This document shows positions 59,360 through 64,000 of a stretch of 64,000 nucleotides of DNA, in pieces; the stretch's first letter is position 1; the number at the start of each line of letters is the position of its first letter. This DNA comes from a virus: positions 23,566 through 87,565 of the IMG/VR virus record IMGVR_UViG_3300046674_000395; one strand, 5' to 3'. A model generated the notes under the pieces. The model searched no databases. It saw only the letters and a program-made list of their open reading frames with translations, and had not been told where the DNA came from. The position numbers were made by a program, and so were the translations under genes.

Positions 59360-60472
59360 TCAGTCGTGGGTGGGTTCAGCCGCGGAGTCTGCCTGGGATG
59401 CCTCCACGCGCAGCATGCTCAGCGCGCGGGCGCGTGTCCCGTCGCTGGTCCTCTTGCCCGCTCTCCTGAGGCCGACCTTGCGATACTTCTCCACCATCTC
59501 GGTGCTGGACCAGTCTCCAGTGATCTCCTTAATCTCTCCGGCCGTGTAGCCGTTAGCGCCAAGATCGGTCGGCACGCCAGCCCGCAGACCGTGGGCGGTG
59601 ACATCGGAGGCGACGTCCAGCTCGGCCTTCGCGGCGATCTGCTTGACGAGTACGTTCACGGCCTGCCTCGTCAGCCCCCACCCCTTCGGGCTGATCGGCC
59701 CCAGATTCCCCCACTGATCGACAGTTCGAAGCAAGGGCAGGTGGCGTCCGCCCTGGCCGGCCTGTGCGAGTTCGGAGATCCATTCACGAACGGCCGTGAG
59801 GCAGGCAGGGTCATCGATTTCGTACTCGCGCCCGTCGTCGGACTTGTCGTTCTTGCTCACCCGCTTCACCGCCACGAGGAGCTCCGCGCTGACGAACTCC
59901 AGATCACCTATGCGTAGTTGCGAGAGTTCGGACGCGCGAGCGCGCATGTAGTAGCCGAGGAGCAGGAGGGCCTGGTCACGCTTCCCTGCGGCGGTCTCTG
60001 TGTCGCACGTCTTGAGCATCAGGCGCAGGCGTTCCAAGTCCAGAGGGGCGGAGGACTTCTGACCGCGACCTGCCTTCTGCCAGACATACCTGTGATCCTG
60101 GTAGATCTTCAGGGCGGCTGCCTGGTCGGGGTGCTGCTCATATCCGGCTCGCGCGTTCATGTGCCTGACGGCGGCAATGCTCAACCGCAGAACCCCGGGT
60201 TGCGTGTCCCGCCTGCGCAGGTAGGAGATGTACGAGGTGAGGTTCTGTTCACTGGTAGGCGGCCCTGGAGTACGCCCGCTACTGACGCACCAGCGAGCGA
60301 ACGCCTTCCAACGATCCTGGTAGGTGAGGCGCGTGTTCTCACGCCCGCTGTTCGCGAGATCTTCGGAGGCTTCCGCGGTGAGGGTGGCGTTGATGTCGAC
60401 GGCAACCGGCAGGCTCTCCACGGCAGGGTCGACGAGTTCGGCTTCGTGGACGATCTCGACTTCGGTGTTCAT
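59360..60472 (-). CDS. tyrosine recombinase (XerC/D- or integrase-like)
   Basis: SAM-like N-domain (TYQDRWKAFARWC); catalytic YYMRARASEL (R), HGLRAG (HxxR), STEMVEKYRK (Y). Confidence 0.87.
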   Translation of the reverse strand: MNTEVEIVHEAELVDPAVESLPVAVDINATLTAEASEDLANSGRENTRLTYQDRWKAFARWCVSSGRTPGPPTSEQNLTSYISYLRRRDTQPGVLRLSIAAVRHMNARAGYEQHPDQAAALKIYQDHRYVWQKAGRGQKSSAPLDLERLRLMLKTCDTETAAGKRDQALLLLGYYMRARASELSQLRIGDLEFVSAELLVAVKRVSKNDKSDDGREYEIDDPACLTAVREWISELAQAGQGGRHLPLLRTVDQWGNLGPISPKGWGLTRQAVNVLVKQIAAKAELDVASDVTAHGLRAGVPTDLGANGYTAGEIKEITGDWSSTEMVEKYRKVGLRRAGKRTSDGTRARALSMLRVEASQADSAAEPTHD

Positions 60473-61158
60473 ACGGTGAGCCGTTCAACTGCGGACTGGA
60501 TGACGCCTCCCGGGTCGGCCATCGCGATGCGGTCCTCCATGGACTCGTAGAAGAGCAGCCAGATGTCACTCGATCCATAGGGCCAACGGGCGACGATCCC
60601 ACCCTCGGCGAGGTGCAGGAAGGTTCGCGAGGCGTCGGTGTGACCAATCTCCAGGGGCGCGCAGTTCGTCCAGGAGCACAGAGGGTGTTCGGACTCGTTT
60701 CCGTCTCCGTCGATCCACGGCATCACGCTGTCGCCGTCCCAGGAGAGGAGCGCGTCACCGTCGTGGCTGTTTCCTTCGTAGACCTCGGCGGCGAACTCGG
60801 CCGGCAATCCTTCGGTGAGGCGCCTTTGGTTGCCGTCCCGGTCGGCATCCCTGCCGGGTGCGGCGTCCACCGGGATGGTCAGCTTGGTGACCTTGCCTGT
60901 GGCCACCAGGTAATGGACGCGTGAGTAGGCAGCGACCTGCCCGTCGGTCCAGCCGCCGTAGGGCTGTCCGATCGCGTTGGTGTACTCGATGCCTGCGCGG
61001 TCCTCGATCATGTTGCGGTAGCTGGCTATGAGCGAGCGTCCTTCACCGGTCTCGCGGAGCTTCCTGGCGTAGTTCTCTGAGATCTGCGCGTGCATCGCTC
61101 GCCCCATGCGGGCCTCCGGGATGTTGGCGGATTGGTGCTGACAGCCTATCAATCTCAC
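60469..61158 (-). CDS. hypothetical protein co-transcribed with the recombinase
   Basis: 229-aa ORF; stop overlaps the recombinase ATG; true start may be ATG 61107. Confidence 0.58.
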   Translation of the reverse strand: MRLIGCQHQSANIPEARMGRAMHAQISENYARKLRETGEGRSLIASYRNMIEDRAGIEYTNAIGQPYGGWTDGQVAAYSRVHYLVATGKVTKLTIPVDAAPGRDADRDGNQRRLTEGLPAEFAAEVYEGNSHDGDALLSWDGDSVMPWIDGDGNESEHPLCSWTNCAPLEIGHTDASRTFLHLAEGGIVARWPYGSSDIWLLFYESMEDRIAMADPGGVIQSAVERLTV

Positions 61159-61187
61159 CTTCCATAAGTGGAGTTATGGAAGGTGAG
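61154..61187. repeat. perfect 14-bp inverted repeat upstream of the recombinase operon
   Basis: ctcaccttccataa 61154-61167 / ttatggaaggtgag 61174-61187, 6-nt spacer. Confidence 0.8.
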
Positions 61188-61253
61188 TCAGTTGTTCGAT
61201 TCCGCGAGGGGCGTTTCTCCCCTCCAACTTGACGCCGTCGCTAGCCTCCGAGC

Positions 61254-61529
61254 ATGAGCACTTACCGAGGGACCGTCATCCTTCAACTCGCGGACTCAAA
61301 GCCCGCGGCGGCAGCCGACCTGACGAAGGATGAGGCCGGCTCCTGGGCCGGAACTCTGATCTTCCCGTCCGAGACCCGGACCCCGGAGCTCCTCAATCTG
61401 ACCGAGTGTCAGCTGTGGGTCCACGGTCGCGAGGGTTCCTTCGTCCGCCCGGACACCTCGGACTGGGTCAACTCCCCCACCGGCCAGTTCCGCATCCGGA
61501 TCCTGGGAAGCGGCGACGCACCGTTCTAG
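61254..61529 (+). CDS. hypothetical protein
   Basis: 91-aa ORF. Confidence 0.5.
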   Translation: MSTYRGTVILQLADSKPAAAADLTKDEAGSWAGTLIFPSETRTPELLNLTECQLWVHGREGSFVRPDTSDWVNSPTGQFRIRILGSGDAPF

Positions 61530-61547
61530 CCTCGCTACTCTCCCGGC

Positions 61548-61889
61548 ATGACTGAACGAGCGCGTTTCCATTCCGGCGACGGCCGGCACCGCTACGTCGG
61601 GCCCGCGACGGTCACGCTTCCCGACGGACGGGAAGTCTCTGTCACCGCATCCCTGGTGCTGCGCTACGACCCCAGTCGCACCGACAACCGAGAGTCCGAC
61701 AGAGACAGCACCTGGGCTGGCAGCGTCACGCTGGCCGACTCGTCCAGCGATGTCGACTTGTTCGATGCGGCGCCCGGGGTGTTGCGGATGCCAGACGGCC
61801 GCGAGAGCGAGTTCATGGCGACAAGCGGTGTAGGCGAAGTTGGCCTTGCGGGACTCGGCCCGGCGCCCTTCGTGAAGCCTCAGTCGTGA
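61548..61889 (+). CDS. hypothetical protein
   Basis: 113-aa ORF. Confidence 0.5.
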   Translation: MTERARFHSGDGRHRYVGPATVTLPDGREVSVTASLVLRYDPSRTDNRESDRDSTWAGSVTLADSSSDVDLFDAAPGVLRMPDGRESEFMATSGVGEVGLAGLGPAPFVKPQS

Positions 61890-61954
61890 GACCGGAGAGC
61901 CGACGCCTGTCGCCTCCGGCCCTCCGCTCCGCTAGCTGAGCGGGCCTCCCACCG

Positions 61955-62320
61955 TCAGGCCGTCCACTTGCCCAGGGCGCGAAGCAGGACGATGACCGCT
62001 TCCTGGGCGAGGACGTCGTCGCCGACAAGGCCAACGAGGTGCTCTCGCGGAGTGAGGGGCCGCGGATCCAGGTCGCCTTCGTCGGGGATGAGTCCGGCGG
62101 CGATGAGAACTTCAGTGGTCTTGCAGCCGAGCACCCGGGCGATGGCGGTGCAGGTCTTGATGTCGGGTACCGCATTGTCACGCAGCACGCGCGAAACGAT
62201 GCTCTCGCCAAGGCCGGCGTCGCGGGCGAACCGCGACTGGGTGCCGTACTTGCCGAAGTCGTACCCGCGAAGGGTTAGTTCCCTGGTCAGCCAGGAACTG
62301 AAGGGATGTTGCTGCGTCAT
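61955..62320 (-). CDS. XRE-family HTH regulator
   Basis: ATG 62320; QSRFARDAGLGESIVSRVLRDNAVPDIKTCTAIARVLGC. Confidence 0.75.
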   Translation of the reverse strand: MTQQHPFSSWLTRELTLRGYDFGKYGTQSRFARDAGLGESIVSRVLRDNAVPDIKTCTAIARVLGCKTTEVLIAAGLIPDEGDLDPRPLTPREHLVGLVGDDVLAQEAVIVLLRALGKWTA

Positions 62321-62570
62321 AGCGGGACCGTACAGGCTCCCTGCTCCCGACGCCCACGACGAGACGCCCCCGCTCCCCCGCCGGTTGGCAACGAAGCGGG
62401 TCCGATAACGCACAACCCCAAAGCGCCCCGCCCCCCGTTCTGGGAGCGGGGCTTGTTCGTTGAAGGTTCACATTTCGTTACGGTTTCATCACCGTAGATC
62501 CACAGCTCTTACAAAATTCTCACCTGCACCGTTACGTTCATCCCTCCACGCACCACCCCTGGGGGAACGC

Positions 62571-63188
62571 ATGTCGCACAACCAGCCGCCGCCGTCGGGA
62601 CCCACCTGGGGCCAGGTGCCGCCGCCTCCGATGCCGCCGCAGCCCGCTGGCCTCCCGAAGTGGGCGCGTAAGCGCATCGCCATCCCCGCCGCTGCTCTCA
62701 TCTTCTTCGTCGGAGTCGGCATCGGCTCTTCTGGTAGCGACCAGAAGACGGCCGCCGACGCGAAGCCCGCGCCGCGCGTGACCGTCACTCAGACCGCTGC
62801 GGGCAAGGGGAAGCCGGCGCCGGCCCCGACGGTGACCGTGACGAAGACCGCCAAGGCGGCAACCACGAAGGCCAAGCCGAAGAAGACGGAAGCAGCCGCA
62901 CCCAAGGACAAGGTCGTGTTCAAGGTGTGGGGTTCCGCCCCGGCTGGCGTAGACATCACCTACGGCAGCGACTCCGACAACATTCAAGGCCGCGGTCTGC
63001 CGATGACGAAGACGCTCCCGCTGAAGGACGACGCCATGTACTACAGCGTCACCGCGCAGCTCCAGGGCGGCGGCGACATCCACTGCTCGGTGACCGTGGA
63101 CGGCAAGACCAAGACGGGCCACGCCGTCGGCAGCTACAACATCTGCTCCGCGCAGCTCAGCGGCGGCCTGTTCGGCGACTGGAGCTAG
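62571..63188 (+). CDS. membrane-anchored MmpS-like protein
   Basis: ATG 62571; Pro-rich N-terminus, TM IAIPAAALIFFVGVGIG; C-terminal VVFKVWGSAPAGVDITYGSD...IHCSVTVDGKTKTGHAVGSYNICSAQL. Confidence 0.6.
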   Translation: MSHNQPPPSGPTWGQVPPPPMPPQPAGLPKWARKRIAIPAAALIFFVGVGIGSSGSDQKTAADAKPAPRVTVTQTAAGKGKPAPAPTVTVTKTAKAATTKAKPKKTEAAAPKDKVVFKVWGSAPAGVDITYGSDSDNIQGRGLPMTKTLPLKDDAMYYSVTAQLQGGGDIHCSVTVDGKTKTGHAVGSYNICSAQLSGGLFGDWS

Positions 63189-63301
63189 ACCCCCTGCACG
63201 ACGAAGCGCCCCGCTCCCCCGCCATTGAGGCGAGAGGAGCGGGGCGCTGGCTTGTTCGCACAGCAGGTGAGCGGGACCAACTCCCTGTACGCTCGCGCGC
63301 C

Positions 63302-63925
63302 ATGAACATCCCCTGGCTGGAGATTGCTGGCCTGTCCGCTGCCGCCCTCAGCGCGGTCGCTGCTGTCGGATCGTGGAAGTCAGCCCGTACCTCAAACGAC
63401 ACCGCCGTCATCGTTGCTCGGATCGAGGAGGACCGGTGGCATGCGGATTTGCTCCCACAGTTTCAGCTTGCGATCGAGCGCACGGAAGGCGATCGGGCCA
63501 CGCTCAGCGTGCGCTTGATCGGGCCGCTTCCGCTCTGCAGCCTGGACGAGATCCGTATCAAGATCATGCCCAGCGACGATATGGCACGGCTTGAGCGACC
63601 CCCTGGCCCACCGTCCCAAGCGGAGCTCGACGCCCAGGTATGGGGGCCTCTCCGGTTCACGTATGGCGCCGACGGCGCGGACGTTGACGGCCAGACCGTT
63701 AGCCCGATCGCTCTGCAGGTCGGTGCGGGGCGTCCGTTCAGTCTTGAGCTCACGCGGCCTCCGCACTGGCAGCAAGGCGATGACAGAGCCAGCCGCTGGC
63801 GGGACCAGTGGTTGAACAAACCGATGCGGCTCGTCCTGACCTGTCGGCGTGAGGGCTTCAAGGAGTGGACGGTCCCTGTCGAGGTCGAGGTCCCAGGGAC
63901 GCCGCGTATGCGCTGGGTTGGCTGA
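63302..63925 (+). CDS. hypothetical membrane-anchored protein
   Basis: ATG 63302; N-terminal TM WLEIAGLSAAALSAVAAVGSW; 207 aa. Confidence 0.55.
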   Translation: MNIPWLEIAGLSAAALSAVAAVGSWKSARTSNDTAVIVARIEEDRWHADLLPQFQLAIERTEGDRATLSVRLIGPLPLCSLDEIRIKIMPSDDMARLERPPGPPSQAELDAQVWGPLRFTYGADGADVDGQTVSPIALQVGAGRPFSLELTRPPHWQQGDDRASRWRDQWLNKPMRLVLTCRREGFKEWTVPVEVEVPGTPRMRWVG

Positions 63926-64000
63926 CAGCCAGCGGTCCGCGTAACAGCCCTGCAACCGCCCATCCCCGTCCGTCCCGTCTGTCCTACGGTGTCCCGACTA

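Larger units (their letters stand above)
51621..61187. mobile_element. second accessory island with its own tyrosine recombinase; bounds unknown
   Basis: Dense small regulators (XRE, RHH, GntR), a T5orf172 paralog, Cys-rich small proteins and a tyrosine recombinase at 59360-60472. Confidence 0.35.

Overview
High-GC (>70%) actinobacterial, Streptomyces-like accessory DNA that is almost entirely mobile-element derived. The core is a putative ~50 kb mosaic integrated element (about 0.7-51.4 kb), read right to left from a tyrosine integrase (49969-51357). In that order it carries: (1) a divergent repressor/Cro-like switch and an excisionase; (2) a ~20 kb early gene chain on the minus strand with overlapping stop/start codons, encoding a T5orf172 nuclease-like protein, a RecE-like exonuclease plus RecT, a WhiB-HTH fusion, a C5 DNA methyltransferase, a replication initiator with an iteron origin inside its own gene, a DnaC-like loader, DnaB, DUF4326-like, DUF2493-like and LuxR-type proteins; (3) a small regulator module and a solo IS200/IS605-type tnpB; (4) a GntR/HutC-controlled actinomycete conjugation module (excisionase-like HTH, DUF2637 membrane protein, FtsK-like TraB, clt-like 8-bp repeats, Spd-like small proteins); (5) a phage tail-fibre module (beta-helix tailspike, lectin-like fibres with 20-aa tandem repeats) joined to a glycan-modification cassette (glycosyltransferase, methyltransferase, epimerase) and an HNH nuclease. 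I found no terminase, portal, capsid, tail tube, tape measure or lysis gene, so the element looks like a phage/AICE chimera with the conjugation module where virion morphogenesis genes would normally sit. The left edge holds a truncated Prim-Pol gene and a ~40% GC island of GATC iterons. Right of the integrase (51.6-64 kb) is a second accessory island with XRE, RHH and GntR regulators, a T5orf172-GntR fusion, many small Cys-rich proteins and a second tyrosine recombinase. No rRNA, tRNA or CRISPR array was seen. All function calls come from motif reading of translations, without database searches. Many long ORFs in the track are antisense or off-frame artefacts of the high GC content.
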